Assembly: GCA_032128115.1 (NCBI GenBank)
Contig: JAQBHB010000078.1
Span: forward strand, 1 to 64,000
DNA from: Deltaproteobacteria bacterium
GTDB taxonomy: Bacteria; Myxococcota_A; UBA9160; SMWR01
DNA length: 64,000 nt
Direction: 5' to 3'
Each line of letters begins with the position of its first letter. The stretch's first letter is position 1. This document shows, piece by piece, positions 21,933 to 31,614 of this stretch. Position numbers and translations under genes: made by a program. The notes beneath the pieces are model-generated. The model ran no database searches. It was not told the origin of the DNA and worked only from the letters and a program-made list of their open reading frames with translations.

Positions 21933-23096
21933 ATGAATTTCGATCTCAGCGAAGAACAGCAGATGATCGTCGACGCCGTCACGCGCTTCGTGGCCGATGA
22001 CTCCCCGGTGGAGCGCTTCCGCAAGCTGCGCGAAACCGACCGAGGCTGGGAACCCGACATGTGGGAGCGTATGGGCGAGTACGGATGGCTGGGCGTGGCG
22101 TTCTCCGAGGCGCAGGGAGGCTTCGGCGGCCGCTTCGTGGACATGGCGCTGATCCTCGAACAGCTGGGCCGTGGACTCGTGCCCGAGCCCTACATCGCCT
22201 CGGTGGTGCTGGCGGGCGGCCTGCTCTCGGACCTGGGAAGCGAAGACCAGCGCCAGCGCTTCCTGACTCCAATGATCGAAGGCAAGCAGTCGCTGGCCCT
22301 GGCCTACAGCGAGCGCCAGAGCCGGTACACACTCGCCGACTGCCTCACCAGCGCCGCGCAAGACGGCGACAGCTACTCGCTGCACGGTGAGAAGGTCTGG
22401 GTCCTGAACGGACACGCCGCCGACCAGATCGTGGTGGCTGCCCGCACCTCGGGCGACCAGATGGACGCGCAAGGCCTCACGCTCTTCGTGGTGGATGGCA
22501 ACGCCACCGGCCTCACGCGCACCCCGGTGCCCGGCATGGACGGACAGCGCACGGCGGTGCTTCACCTGGACGGGGTCCAGGTGGGCGCCGACCGGGTGCT
22601 GGGCAGCGTGGGAGGCGGGCTGCCTGCACTCGAGTGGGCCATCGACCGCGGGGCGGCCGCCGCCTGCGCCGAGGGCCAGGGCCAGATCCAGGAGCTGTTC
22701 GATCGCACCGTGGCATACCTGAAGGAACGCGAGCAGTTTGGCGTTCCCATCGGGAGCTTCCAGGCCGTCCAGCACCGCGCCGCCGACATGTTCATCGAGA
22801 CCGAGCTGTGCCGGTCGACCATGATCCTGGCGGCCATCCAGGTCGACTCGGACAGCGCGGACGAGCGCAAGGCCGAAGTGTCCGCCGCCAAGGTCCAGCT
22901 GAACGACGGCGGCTGGTTCGTCCAGAAGCACGCCATCCAGTTGTTTGGCGGAATCGGCGTAACCGACGAGCAGGACGAGGGTCTCTTCTTCAAGCGCCTG
23001 CGCGCGCTGAACGCCCTGTTCGGCGACGCGGACCACCACGTGGATCGCTTCCAGAGGCTCGGCTCGTTCGACGCCGAGGTGCGGGCGCAAAGCTGA
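21933..23096 (+). CDS. Acyl-CoA dehydrogenase (partner subunit)
   Basis: REQFGVPIGSFQAVQHRAADM, IQLFGGIGVTDE; 11 nt after the previous ACAD. Confidence 0.92.
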   Translation: MNFDLSEEQQMIVDAVTRFVADDSPVERFRKLRETDRGWEPDMWERMGEYGWLGVAFSEAQGGFGGRFVDMALILEQLGRGLVPEPYIASVVLAGGLLSDLGSEDQRQRFLTPMIEGKQSLALAYSERQSRYTLADCLTSAAQDGDSYSLHGEKVWVLNGHAADQIVVAARTSGDQMDAQGLTLFVVDGNATGLTRTPVPGMDGQRTAVLHLDGVQVGADRVLGSVGGGLPALEWAIDRGAAAACAEGQGQIQELFDRTVAYLKEREQFGVPIGSFQAVQHRAADMFIETELCRSTMILAAIQVDSDSADERKAEVSAAKVQLNDGGWFVQKHAIQLFGGIGVTDEQDEGLFFKRLRALNALFGDADHHVDRFQRLGSFDAEVRAQS

Positions 23097-23106
23097 GCCG
23101 GCGTCC

Positions 23107-24096
23107 GTGAAGCGCATTCTCCTCGCGCGCCACGCCCAGGCCCGATCTGCGGCCCCCGGCCAGTCGGATCACGACCGCCCTCTCAGCCCACAGGGCGAGC
23201 AGAGCGCGCGACGCCTGGGGAGCTTCCTGGCGCGGGTGGGGGAGGCTCCGGAGCGGATTCTGACGTCGTCGGCTGCGCGGGCCCTCGGCACGGCCCGGCT
23301 CGCCGCCGAGGCGGGAGGCTGGTCGTGTCCTGTCGAGACGAACCGACAGCTGTACTCGAGCTCCCCGGATTCGGTGCACGACCAGGTGATCCAGCAGCAC
23401 GACGAGGCCGATCGCATCCTGGTGGTCGGGCACGAGCCCACCTGTTCCGAACTCGCCAGCCGCTTCCTGGGCGGTGGCCACCTGGCGATGGCTCCGGCCA
23501 CCGTGGTGTGCCTGGACTTCGGCGCCTCGCGCTGGAGCCAGGTGGCGTTCGGCAGCGGGTCGCTGGCCTGGATGCTTCCGATGTCGTTGCTCCAGCACCC
23601 GGAGACTCCCGAAGGATCGCGCCTGGAGATCGAGCGCAAGTTCCTGCTGCGGGGGCTGCCCGAGATGGGCGAGGCGACCGACAGCATCGAGATCGACCAG
23701 GGCTGGCTTCCGGGCCAGCAGCTGCGGGAGCGCATCCGCCGCGTGCGCAGCGACCGGGGTGAGACCTACCTGCGGACCGTGAAGCTCGGCCGGGGTGTCC
23801 AGCGTCTGGAGATCGAGGAGCCCACGCCTGCGCCGATCTTCGAACGGCTGTGGCCCCTCACCGAAGGCTGCCGCATCCGGAAACGCCGCTTCCGGGTGCG
23901 CGACGGTGACCTGCTGTGGGAGATCGATGCCTTCGCCGACCGCGACCTGGTGCTGGCCGAGGTAGAGCTTTCTTCCGCGGATCAGCGCCCGGCCTTCCCC
24001 GCCTGGCTGGCCGATCACGTGCTGCGCGAGGTGACCGACGATCCTCGCTTCACCAACCTGGCGCTGGCGGAGGCCGGGGGCGTTCCCAGCGACTGA
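23107..24096 (+). CDS. SixA-like histidine phosphatase fused to a CYTH triphosphate-tunnel domain
   Basis: N-terminal LARHAQA...DHDRPLS...VVGHEP; C-terminal LEIERKFLL (ExExK), WEIDAF, LAEVEL, EVTDDPRFTN. Confidence 0.85.
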   Translation: MKRILLARHAQARSAAPGQSDHDRPLSPQGEQSARRLGSFLARVGEAPERILTSSAARALGTARLAAEAGGWSCPVETNRQLYSSSPDSVHDQVIQQHDEADRILVVGHEPTCSELASRFLGGGHLAMAPATVVCLDFGASRWSQVAFGSGSLAWMLPMSLLQHPETPEGSRLEIERKFLLRGLPEMGEATDSIEIDQGWLPGQQLRERIRRVRSDRGETYLRTVKLGRGVQRLEIEEPTPAPIFERLWPLTEGCRIRKRRFRVRDGDLLWEIDAFADRDLVLAEVELSSADQRPAFPAWLADHVLREVTDDPRFTNLALAEAGGVPSD

Positions 24097-24252
24097 TCCC
24101 CCACCCCTCGGGCGTGATGGCGTCGGAAACCTTCCGAGTCGAGATGACCTTCAACGGCGGCAGCAATCCCACCTCGTACTTCGATCTGAAACTCACGACC
24201 GAAGGCGTGGGAGCGCTCTTCTGCCCGGAAAACGCCCGGTGGGCGCGAGCTT

Positions 24253-24717
24253 CTAGCTGGGGATCTGCAGCGCCTGGGGGAGGCTGCCCTCCAGGTAGGC
24301 CTGCTCCTCGAAGCGGTTCGCGATGCGCCAGCCGTCGTGCGTGCGCACCAGCTCGTCCACGTAGTACGCCCCCACCGTGAACAGGTGGAGGGAGCCGTCC
24401 TCTTTGGGGAAACCCATGGGATTGATCACGTAGGTGCGGCTGCTCGCCTTGTCGCCTTCCAGTGTGACCATCGAGTTGCTGATGAAGTGCATCGTCATCG
24501 GAAATACCGACAAGGCCTTCTCGAGCCACTGGCGCACCTCCGGATAGGCGCCCTTCGTGCCGCCCGACGTGGTGTAGTCCACCTGGGCGTCGGCCGTGAA
24601 GCAGGTGTCGAGCAGGTTCCAGTCCTTGGTGTCGATGGCCGCCGCGTAGCGGGTCAGCAGGTCGTTGATCTGGATCCGATCCGAGATCTCCTGCACGGAG
24701 AGGGTCGCTGAACTCAT
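24253..24717 (-). CDS. NTF2/SnoaL-like domain protein
   Basis: ISDRIQINDLLTRYAAAIDTKDW, YVDELVRTHDGWRIANR; GGAGG RBS. Confidence 0.85.
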   Translation of the reverse strand: MSSATLSVQEISDRIQINDLLTRYAAAIDTKDWNLLDTCFTADAQVDYTTSGGTKGAYPEVRQWLEKALSVFPMTMHFISNSMVTLEGDKASSRTYVINPMGFPKEDGSLHLFTVGAYYVDELVRTHDGWRIANRFEEQAYLEGSLPQALQIPS

Positions 24718-24754
24718 GGGGGGGGTCCTCCTGGAGGTTGGATGGCCATGGATC

Positions 24755-26305
24755 TCAGAGCCCTGCAAGAATTTCGCGCAGGGCGGCGTGTAGCAACGGA
24801 CCCGTCTCGGGGCCCATGGAGACGACCTCGCCGTAGCTCTCCTCGTCGGCCCCGTAGATCCAGGGCGGCGAATCATCCCACTCGCTCTTCGGGATGATGT
24901 AGCCCAGCTCGTCGTTGGCCAGCCCGATCACGAACCGGAAGCGTCCCGGCATGAGCGAACGCAGGGGCGGAACCTCGACCGGCTCCACCGGAAAGTCGGC
25001 GCCAGCGGGCGTCTCGATGCCGCCCTCGACGATCTCTGGGTAGATCTCGCCGGGCACGGCCAGAAAGCTGGCCGGCCCCACGCGGAACGCAGCCACCTCG
25101 CTGCGCAGGTGGCGCCAGCGCACGAAGCCCCGGGGAAAGCCTCCCAGGGCCGCGGCCAGGAAAACCGGGGTGTTGTCCAGGGGGATCTCCAGAGTGCGCG
25201 CCCGCAGCGCGATGCTCGCCTCGCTCACCTCCACCACATCCCGGCTGCGCAGGGCCGCCAGCACCAGCATCGCCACGCGAACGCCCTGGGCACGGGCCTT
25301 CTCGAACGAAGGCTCCGTGTATGCCACCCCGGTGAACGGATCCTGCACGGGGAAATCCGGATCGGTGGTCATCAGGCCGCCGATGGCGCCGTTGGCGAAC
25401 ACCGCCACGCCGCCCAGGCCGCGGGCGACCCGACGCTCACCGTCGCGAACCCCGTGCTCGAGAGCCTCGCGCAGGTAGTGGGGAAAGTCGGAGCTCACCT
25501 CCAGGTTGCCCGACCACAGCGTCTCCGGATGGTTGCCCCACGTCACGAACACGCCCAGGGAACTCCCGTCTTCGGAATCCACCGCGTACAGGATGCGGAG
25601 GCCCGGATCGAGCACGTGGGGCAGGCGCGAGTCGGTCACCAGCGAGGCGGCGGCTTCGGGAACCTGCGCCAGGCGCAGGATCGCCGGGCGCCGCGCGTTC
25701 GCCGCCTGGGTCAGCGCCCGGGCGGCCCCGTCCATCACCTGCTCCAGATAATCCGGGTCCATGCCGCTGCTGCCCACACGCTCACCCCAGAGCCCGATCA
25801 GGTCCGGGGCCTGGTGACTGTGGGTGCTCGACACGATGGCGTAGCTGAGCCCCAGGTCCTCCGGCAGCCGGCGCCGGATCTCTACCACCTGGTCGTGCAT
25901 CAGTCCGATGGCGTCCAACACCACCAGTCCGATCGCGGTGGTGCCGTCGTCGAGCACCAGGGCGCGCGCCCAGAGATCGTCGTGAACCCCGGTGGCGGGG
26001 CGCCCGTTGTGGAAACCGGCCAGCCAGTACGGATCGAAGCGCCCGTTCCCATTGCCATCGACGAAAGGCTCGTCCGAGTCGCGCACGGCATCGCCGTCCA
26101 GGTCGGTCCAGGTGTCTTGCACGGGAGGCGTGATCGGCACCGCGGCAAAGCCCGCGCGAAGCGGCCGGTCCGGACCCGCGGCCACGCGCAGATCCAACGC
26201 GTAGTCCGGGTTGCGGTCGCGCGAGCGGATTCCGACCCCGATGACGGCAAATGCCAGCAGTGCCGCGGCCACGGCGGCCGCTGCGATTCCGAGCCTCCGG
26301 GCCAT
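24755..26305 (-). CDS. Membrane-anchored neutral-ceramidase-like hydrolase
   Basis: N-terminal TM; GVHDDLWARALVL, STHSHQAPD, GNHPE, VPGEIYPE, IGLANDELGY; DxDxD-like loops. Confidence 0.75.
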   Translation of the reverse strand: MARRLGIAAAAVAAALLAFAVIGVGIRSRDRNPDYALDLRVAAGPDRPLRAGFAAVPITPPVQDTWTDLDGDAVRDSDEPFVDGNGNGRFDPYWLAGFHNGRPATGVHDDLWARALVLDDGTTAIGLVVLDAIGLMHDQVVEIRRRLPEDLGLSYAIVSSTHSHQAPDLIGLWGERVGSSGMDPDYLEQVMDGAARALTQAANARRPAILRLAQVPEAAASLVTDSRLPHVLDPGLRILYAVDSEDGSSLGVFVTWGNHPETLWSGNLEVSSDFPHYLREALEHGVRDGERRVARGLGGVAVFANGAIGGLMTTDPDFPVQDPFTGVAYTEPSFEKARAQGVRVAMLVLAALRSRDVVEVSEASIALRARTLEIPLDNTPVFLAAALGGFPRGFVRWRHLRSEVAAFRVGPASFLAVPGEIYPEIVEGGIETPAGADFPVEPVEVPPLRSLMPGRFRFVIGLANDELGYIIPKSEWDDSPPWIYGADEESYGEVVSMGPETGPLLHAALREILAGL

Positions 26306-26361
26306 GGGCGTCATGGTAGAGTCGCCGCGCATCGAAAGCCCGACACGGAGAGGTCGCCGAC

Positions 26362-27153
26362 ATGGTCACCGATCACCCGGCACCCGGCACCGTCACCCTC
26401 GTGACCGGCGCCTCGTCGGGCATCGGGCGCAGCCTGGCGCGGCGCGTGGCGGCACACGGCGATCCGGTGGTGGTTCTGGCGCGACGCCGCGCCCTCCTCG
26501 ACACCCTGGTGGTAGAGATCGAGAAGTCCGGCGGCCGCGCCCTGGCGGTCGAATGCGACGTCACCGACCGCGCGGCCGTGGCCCGGGCCGTCGCCCGGGC
26601 CGAATCGAGCCTCGGACCCGTGGAGCGCCTGATCGCCAATGCGGGGGGCGGCGAGCCCACGACGGTAGACCCGTTCGATGCCGAGCATGTGGAGCATGTC
26701 GTCTCGCTCAACCTGATGGGCACCGCCCACTGCATCGCCGCGGTGCTGCCCGGGATGCTGGAACGGCGCAGCGGCCACCTGGTGGCCATGAGCAGCCTGG
26801 CCGGACTGCGCGGCCTTCCCGGCGCCGCCGCCTACTCCGCCGCAAAGGGCGCTGTGAACAACCTGATGGAGAGTCTGCGGCTCGATCTGCGCGGGCGCGG
26901 CGTGGACGTAACCACGCTGCAGCCCGGCTTCGTGCGCACCAGGCCGCGCAAGCCGGGAGCGAAGCCGCGCCGCAAGCCCCTGCGTCTCGAGTTGGAGGAG
27001 GCCACGGAACTCATGCACCGGGCAATCCAGGCGCGTCGGCCCCGTTACGCGTTTCCCCGGGCACTGGTGTTCGCGCTGTGGGTCACCCGGGTGCTGCCTC
27101 GGGCCTGGGTGGATCCCCTGCTCGTGCGCCTGGGGCGCGGCGCCACGGGATGA
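26362..27153 (+). CDS. SDR family oxidoreductase
   Basis: TGASSGIG, ANAG, YSAAK, PGFVRT. Confidence 0.9.
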   Translation: MVTDHPAPGTVTLVTGASSGIGRSLARRVAAHGDPVVVLARRRALLDTLVVEIEKSGGRALAVECDVTDRAAVARAVARAESSLGPVERLIANAGGGEPTTVDPFDAEHVEHVVSLNLMGTAHCIAAVLPGMLERRSGHLVAMSSLAGLRGLPGAAAYSAAKGAVNNLMESLRLDLRGRGVDVTTLQPGFVRTRPRKPGAKPRRKPLRLELEEATELMHRAIQARRPRYAFPRALVFALWVTRVLPRAWVDPLLVRLGRGATG

Positions 27154-27243
27154 GCGGGCCCGATCTTCCACGTCTGGCTTTCACACCGCTCTCTGATAGG
27201 TTCCTCCTCCGGTCGTCCGTCGTCCGATGGGGGGGGTATTCAC

Positions 27244-28023
27244 GTGGCCAACTTCGAGACCCTTCGCGAGACCCGCCGCAAGCTGGTGAAGCGCTATGGC
27301 AAGCGCCTGCTCCGGTCACTCACCGAATTCCTGGGGCGCCAGTCCTACGTCTCCAACGACCCGGTCATCGATGCTCGCGCCTTTCCCTGGGCCAGCGAAC
27401 TCAGCGAGAACTGGCGCGACATCCGCCGCGAGCTGGAGGCGCTGCTGGTGCACCGGGCCGTGCTTCCGCGCTTCCAGGACATCTCACCGGACCAGTACAA
27501 GATCTCTCCGGACGACCAGTGGGCAACCTTCGTGTTCTGGGGCTTCGGGGTTCCTTCCGTGCCCAACCAGAAACGCTGCCCCCGCACCGCCGAGGTCCTG
27601 TCGCGAGTGCCCCGCCTCGAGAGCGCCTTCTTCTCGATCCTGGCGCCTGGCAAGCACGTGCCGCGACACCGGGGCGTGACCAAGGGCATGGTGCGTTGTC
27701 ACCTGGGCCTCAAGATCCCCAAGGAGGCCGAGCGCTGCACCATGGAGGTGGGCGGTGTCACCTGCGTGTGGGCGGAGGGCGAGGCGCTCTTCTTCGACGA
27801 CACGTATCCCCACGAGGTCTGGAACGACACGGACGAAGAACGCGCCGTCCTGCTGTTCGATTTCGAGCGGCCCATGACCCGCCGGGGCCGTGTGGTATCG
27901 CGCCTGTTGATGAAGGCCCTGCGCCACACGGCCTATTTCAAGGACGCCGAGCGCAATCAGAAGGCCTGGGAGGAGCGCAGTCGGGACGTCATGCCCGAGG
28001 CCCCCCTGACCGGCGGCGGCTGA
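27244..28023 (+). CDS. Aspartyl/asparaginyl beta-hydroxylase family (LpxO-like) Fe/2OG oxygenase
   Basis: FFSILAPGKHVPRHRG, RCHLGL, FFDDTYPHEVWN, RAVLLFDFERP. Confidence 0.88.
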   Translation: MANFETLRETRRKLVKRYGKRLLRSLTEFLGRQSYVSNDPVIDARAFPWASELSENWRDIRRELEALLVHRAVLPRFQDISPDQYKISPDDQWATFVFWGFGVPSVPNQKRCPRTAEVLSRVPRLESAFFSILAPGKHVPRHRGVTKGMVRCHLGLKIPKEAERCTMEVGGVTCVWAEGEALFFDDTYPHEVWNDTDEERAVLLFDFERPMTRRGRVVSRLLMKALRHTAYFKDAERNQKAWEERSRDVMPEAPLTGGG

Positions 28024-28024
28024 C

Positions 28025-28882
28025 TCAGTCCAGCGCCAGCACGAGGTTTGCCTGGCGAAGCAGCGCCGAGCGCTGCTCGCGCAGCGACGAGTCGGACGGC
28101 CGCGCGTCGATGGAATCGCTCACCGACTCGAGCGCGTCGTACCACAGCCCGAGTTCCGCGTAGCTTTCGACGCCGGGTGCGCGCGCAGCCAGCTCCAGGG
28201 GCTCGGCCACCCGCCGGATGTAGCCGGTGGTCACCGCGTCGTGGGACCGCGGGCCCGACGCCACCACCAGGGAGACCGACCACTCGTACTCCCGATCCGG
28301 CCGCAGCGACACGCCCAGGTCGGCCAGCCGGATGCGCTGGATGCCCGCGCCGGTGGGCTGCGCAAGCCGGATCTCGGCCACGGGATCGTCGCCCTCCTCC
28401 TCCAACAGCGTGAAGATCAGTTCCGAGTCGCCGCGGGGCAGACCGTCGATATGCCAGAAAAGAGAAGGCTGCGCCGACACGGTCTCGGCCACGTGATCGG
28501 GGGCCAGGGCCAACGCGCGGGGGTGCGCAGAGGCGGTGCGCAGGCCCGCGCCCACCCGGCCGCGCGGCGAACCCCGGCGCGGCGGGTTGTAGTGGATCAC
28601 CACGGGCTCTGCGGCCTCGTGTACCTCGGAGCGGGTCTCGGACGCGCCGGAGTCCGAGCGAACGGGTGTGAGGCTCGCCTGGGCAATCTCGATCTCGGCG
28701 GCGGGCTTCTCGGGCTCGTCCCCGATGGCCGCAGCCGGAACGGCGATCACGGCGGTCAGCACGGCAAAGGCTGCGCTGTGCAGAGCCCGTCGGCTGGGGC
28801 CAGGGCCGGGCCGGGAGCTGGAGATCGTGTCGCTGGGTCGGTTCCGGGTCATGTCAGCCTCCGGGGCGTGTTGCATCGACAT
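28025..28882 (-). CDS. DUF928 domain-containing exported protein
   Basis: YNPPRRGSPRGRVGAG, QPSLFW, EYEWSV, YAELGLWYDAL; start uncertain (28882 or 28852). Confidence 0.82.
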   Translation of the reverse strand: MSMQHAPEADMTRNRPSDTISSSRPGPGPSRRALHSAAFAVLTAVIAVPAAAIGDEPEKPAAEIEIAQASLTPVRSDSGASETRSEVHEAAEPVVIHYNPPRRGSPRGRVGAGLRTASAHPRALALAPDHVAETVSAQPSLFWHIDGLPRGDSELIFTLLEEEGDDPVAEIRLAQPTGAGIQRIRLADLGVSLRPDREYEWSVSLVVASGPRSHDAVTTGYIRRVAEPLELAARAPGVESYAELGLWYDALESVSDSIDARPSDSSLREQRSALLRQANLVLALD

Positions 28883-28941
28883 CCCCAGTATCGACCCGGC
28901 CCCGTTCGATCCCTGTGAAGCGCTTCACAGCCGGTGAAATT

Positions 28942-29679
28942 TCAGGGAGCCGCCAGAGCCTTCGCCAGGCCCACCTGGCGCAGCAGGGCATCGCGACGAG
29001 CCAGCCGGGTCGGGTCGTCCGGATCGGCGACGAGGGCGTCGGAAACGGCGGCCAGGGCGTCGTACCACAGGCCCTCGGCAGCAAAGGCCTCGGCGCTGCC
29101 CGGCGCCCGCGGGTCCAGATCGGCGGGCAGCGCGATCCCCGCGGGCAGCTCGATCCGGTCGATCCAGCCCACCGACACCACATCCTTGGAGCGCTGCTCC
29201 GGATCGACGATCAGGACCACCGACCACTGGTACTCGGTGGCCGGCGCGAGCTTCACCGGATAGCCAGCCAGATCGATGCGCTGGATGCCCGGGCTGCCGG
29301 GGTGCGCAAGCTCCGCCTCCACCAGGGGATCGATCCGCTCCGGATCGATCAGGGTGAACACCAGGGACGCCTGCTCCGGCGCCGGCCCGTCCAGGTACCA
29401 GAACAGGGACGGCTGCTCGAAGATCGTCTGGCCGGTGTGGTCCGGCACCAGCGTCTGCAGGGAAGGCAGCCGCAGCGCGACGCCGCGCACCCCACCGGCG
29501 ATGCGCGCTCGGGGCTTGCCCCGGGTCGGCGGACGATAGACGGGGAGCTTCCCGGCCGGCGCCTTGCTCGCCACGGGCCTTTCGGGCTCGGGTTTCGGCG
29601 CGGGTTCATCGGGCGCGGCCGTCGCGGCCACGAGAAGCGTCACCCACGCCAGGCCGAGGAATCGCAACGCAGAGCGCAT
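28942..29679 (-). CDS. DUF928 domain-containing exported protein (second paralog)
   Basis: Signal peptide MRSALRFLGLAWVTLLVAATAA; YRPPTRGKPRARIAGGVRG, QPSLFWY, EGLWYDAL, LLRQVGL. Confidence 0.85.
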   Translation of the reverse strand: MRSALRFLGLAWVTLLVAATAAPDEPAPKPEPERPVASKAPAGKLPVYRPPTRGKPRARIAGGVRGVALRLPSLQTLVPDHTGQTIFEQPSLFWYLDGPAPEQASLVFTLIDPERIDPLVEAELAHPGSPGIQRIDLAGYPVKLAPATEYQWSVVLIVDPEQRSKDVVSVGWIDRIELPAGIALPADLDPRAPGSAEAFAAEGLWYDALAAVSDALVADPDDPTRLARRDALLRQVGLAKALAAP

Positions 29680-29708
29680 TTCGATCCCCCGGCTCCGATG
29701 CGTGCGCT

Positions 29709-31607
29709 TCACGAGTTCACCGCCAGCACGCGATTGACCGCCACTTCTTCGCCCATGCCCTTCAGCGCGAACGAGCCCAGGGACTCGCATTCGTAACGAT
29801 CGCCCAGGCGCGCCCGTGTGGCATCGCTGATCAGGATCCTGCACGGGTGGCGCTCGTAATCGTGCTCCACGCGATCGACCGCTTCCAGGCGCTGGGCCGT
29901 GATCACCACGTCGCCCACCGTGGTGTACTTGAGTCGCTCGGCGCTGCCCAGGTTTCCCACCACCACCGGGCCGGTGTGGATACCGATGCGCATGGCCACC
30001 GTTGGCATGTCCCGCTCGCGATATTTCGCGTTCAGCAGCTCCAGCGACGACGCCATGGCCAGCGCGCAGTCGACGGCGCTCCGGGCGTCCTTCGAGATCT
30101 CCGCTTCCGTGGTGCGCGGGATCGGCACCCCGAAGGCCGCCTTGATGCCATCCCCGAAGTAGTCGTCCACGTAACCGTCGAACTCGTCCACCCGCTCGGC
30201 CATCGCCCCCATGAAGTCGTTGATCCATTCCATCAGGCTCTGGGGGTCCATCTTCTCGGCGAGCGACGTGTATCCCTTCATGTCCACGAAGAGCAACGTG
30301 GCGGTGACGCGACCCGGTCGAAGCCTTCCTCCGTCGAAGAACTCGTCGCGCCGGCGCCACAACTCCTCGGCGAGTCGCTTCGAGACGTGGCGCGAGAAGA
30401 TCATCATCACCTGGGCGCGCTCGGCCCGCTCGCGGTTGGAACTCCAGGCCGTCAACACGCCCGCCGACGCCAGCCACGCCAGGGCCGGCGCCGCCACGGG
30501 AACCCACCAGCCCGCCCGGTAGGCGAAGCCGCCGCCAAACCACAGTGCAGCCAGCCCGAGCAGGATTGCCAACACCTCGACCGAAACGCCCTGCACCGCG
30601 CTGCCGCGCCGCAGGCCCAGGGCCACGGCGCAGCCGGCCAGGGCCAGCAGGCCCACCAGCACGGACTCCTGCCAATCGGCAAGCACGCGAATCGGCGAGA
30701 CCTCCCCCAGTCCGGTTCCCGTGAGTTGGCGCACCATGTAGGCGTGGGTCTGGATGCCCGGAACACCGGACTCGGTTCCGACGGGCACCCGGTGGAAGTC
30801 GGGCAAGCTGCGGGCATTCACGCCGATCAGCACCAGCTTGTCCCGGAGTGACGTGGGGTCGAATTCTCCCCTTAGCAACTCTCCCACGGTCAAGCTGGGA
30901 AATCCGGTGGAGCTGAAGTCCAGCAGGTACTGGTAGCCGCCGTCGTCGATCCCGGCGTAGCCGCCGTCACTCGTCTCCCAGGGTCGGATCGTGGTGGGTC
31001 CGAGCCGCAGCCAGTCCGGGTGCTCGGGATCCGGCCGGGGACCGATTCCCTCGGCGGCCAGGGCCTGCAGGGCCACGCGCAATGCGAACGAGTACTGGGG
31101 TTCCCCGTTGCCGTCGTCGAGAAACAGCAGCCCGCGCCGAACCATGGCGTCGGGATCCACGGCCACGTCGTTGAAGCCCACCCGATCGCTGCCTTTCAGG
31201 GCCGGCGGGCCCGGGATCCCCTCATTGGCATCGCCGAATTTCTGCACCGCGATGATGCGCGGCTCGCTGGCCAGCAGCGCTGCCAATCGCTGTTCCCCGG
31301 GTGGCACGGGCAGATCGCGATAGATGTCCAGGCCCACCACCCGAGCTCCCGCATCGAGCACCGCCTCGAGCATCTCGGCCATCAAGCGATCGCTGATGGG
31401 CCAATGCCCCAGCTCGCGGATATCCGCCTCGGTGACCTCCAGGATCACCACCCGCGAATCCGCGTCGGCCGGTGTGGCGGACGTGCGCACATTGTGGTCG
31501 TAGAGCGCCAGCTCGAAGCCCTGGAGCAGTCGGGCGGAGCGCAGGCCCATCACCGCTGCGAACACCACGAATGCGGCGAGCAGTGCGGCGGCCAGTTGGC
31601 TTTTCAT
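29709..31607 (-). CDS. CHASE2-domain class III nucleotide (adenylate/guanylate) cyclase
   Basis: VGLDIYRDLPVPPG (CHASE2), 3 TM segments, FVDMKGYT, FGDG, RIGIHTGPVVVGNLG. Confidence 0.92.
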   Translation of the reverse strand: MKSQLAAALLAAFVVFAAVMGLRSARLLQGFELALYDHNVRTSATPADADSRVVILEVTEADIRELGHWPISDRLMAEMLEAVLDAGARVVGLDIYRDLPVPPGEQRLAALLASEPRIIAVQKFGDANEGIPGPPALKGSDRVGFNDVAVDPDAMVRRGLLFLDDGNGEPQYSFALRVALQALAAEGIGPRPDPEHPDWLRLGPTTIRPWETSDGGYAGIDDGGYQYLLDFSSTGFPSLTVGELLRGEFDPTSLRDKLVLIGVNARSLPDFHRVPVGTESGVPGIQTHAYMVRQLTGTGLGEVSPIRVLADWQESVLVGLLALAGCAVALGLRRGSAVQGVSVEVLAILLGLAALWFGGGFAYRAGWWVPVAAPALAWLASAGVLTAWSSNRERAERAQVMMIFSRHVSKRLAEELWRRRDEFFDGGRLRPGRVTATLLFVDMKGYTSLAEKMDPQSLMEWINDFMGAMAERVDEFDGYVDDYFGDGIKAAFGVPIPRTTEAEISKDARSAVDCALAMASSLELLNAKYRERDMPTVAMRIGIHTGPVVVGNLGSAERLKYTTVGDVVITAQRLEAVDRVEHDYERHPCRILISDATRARLGDRYECESLGSFALKGMGEEVAVNRVLAVNS

Positions 31608-31614
31608 CGAGACC

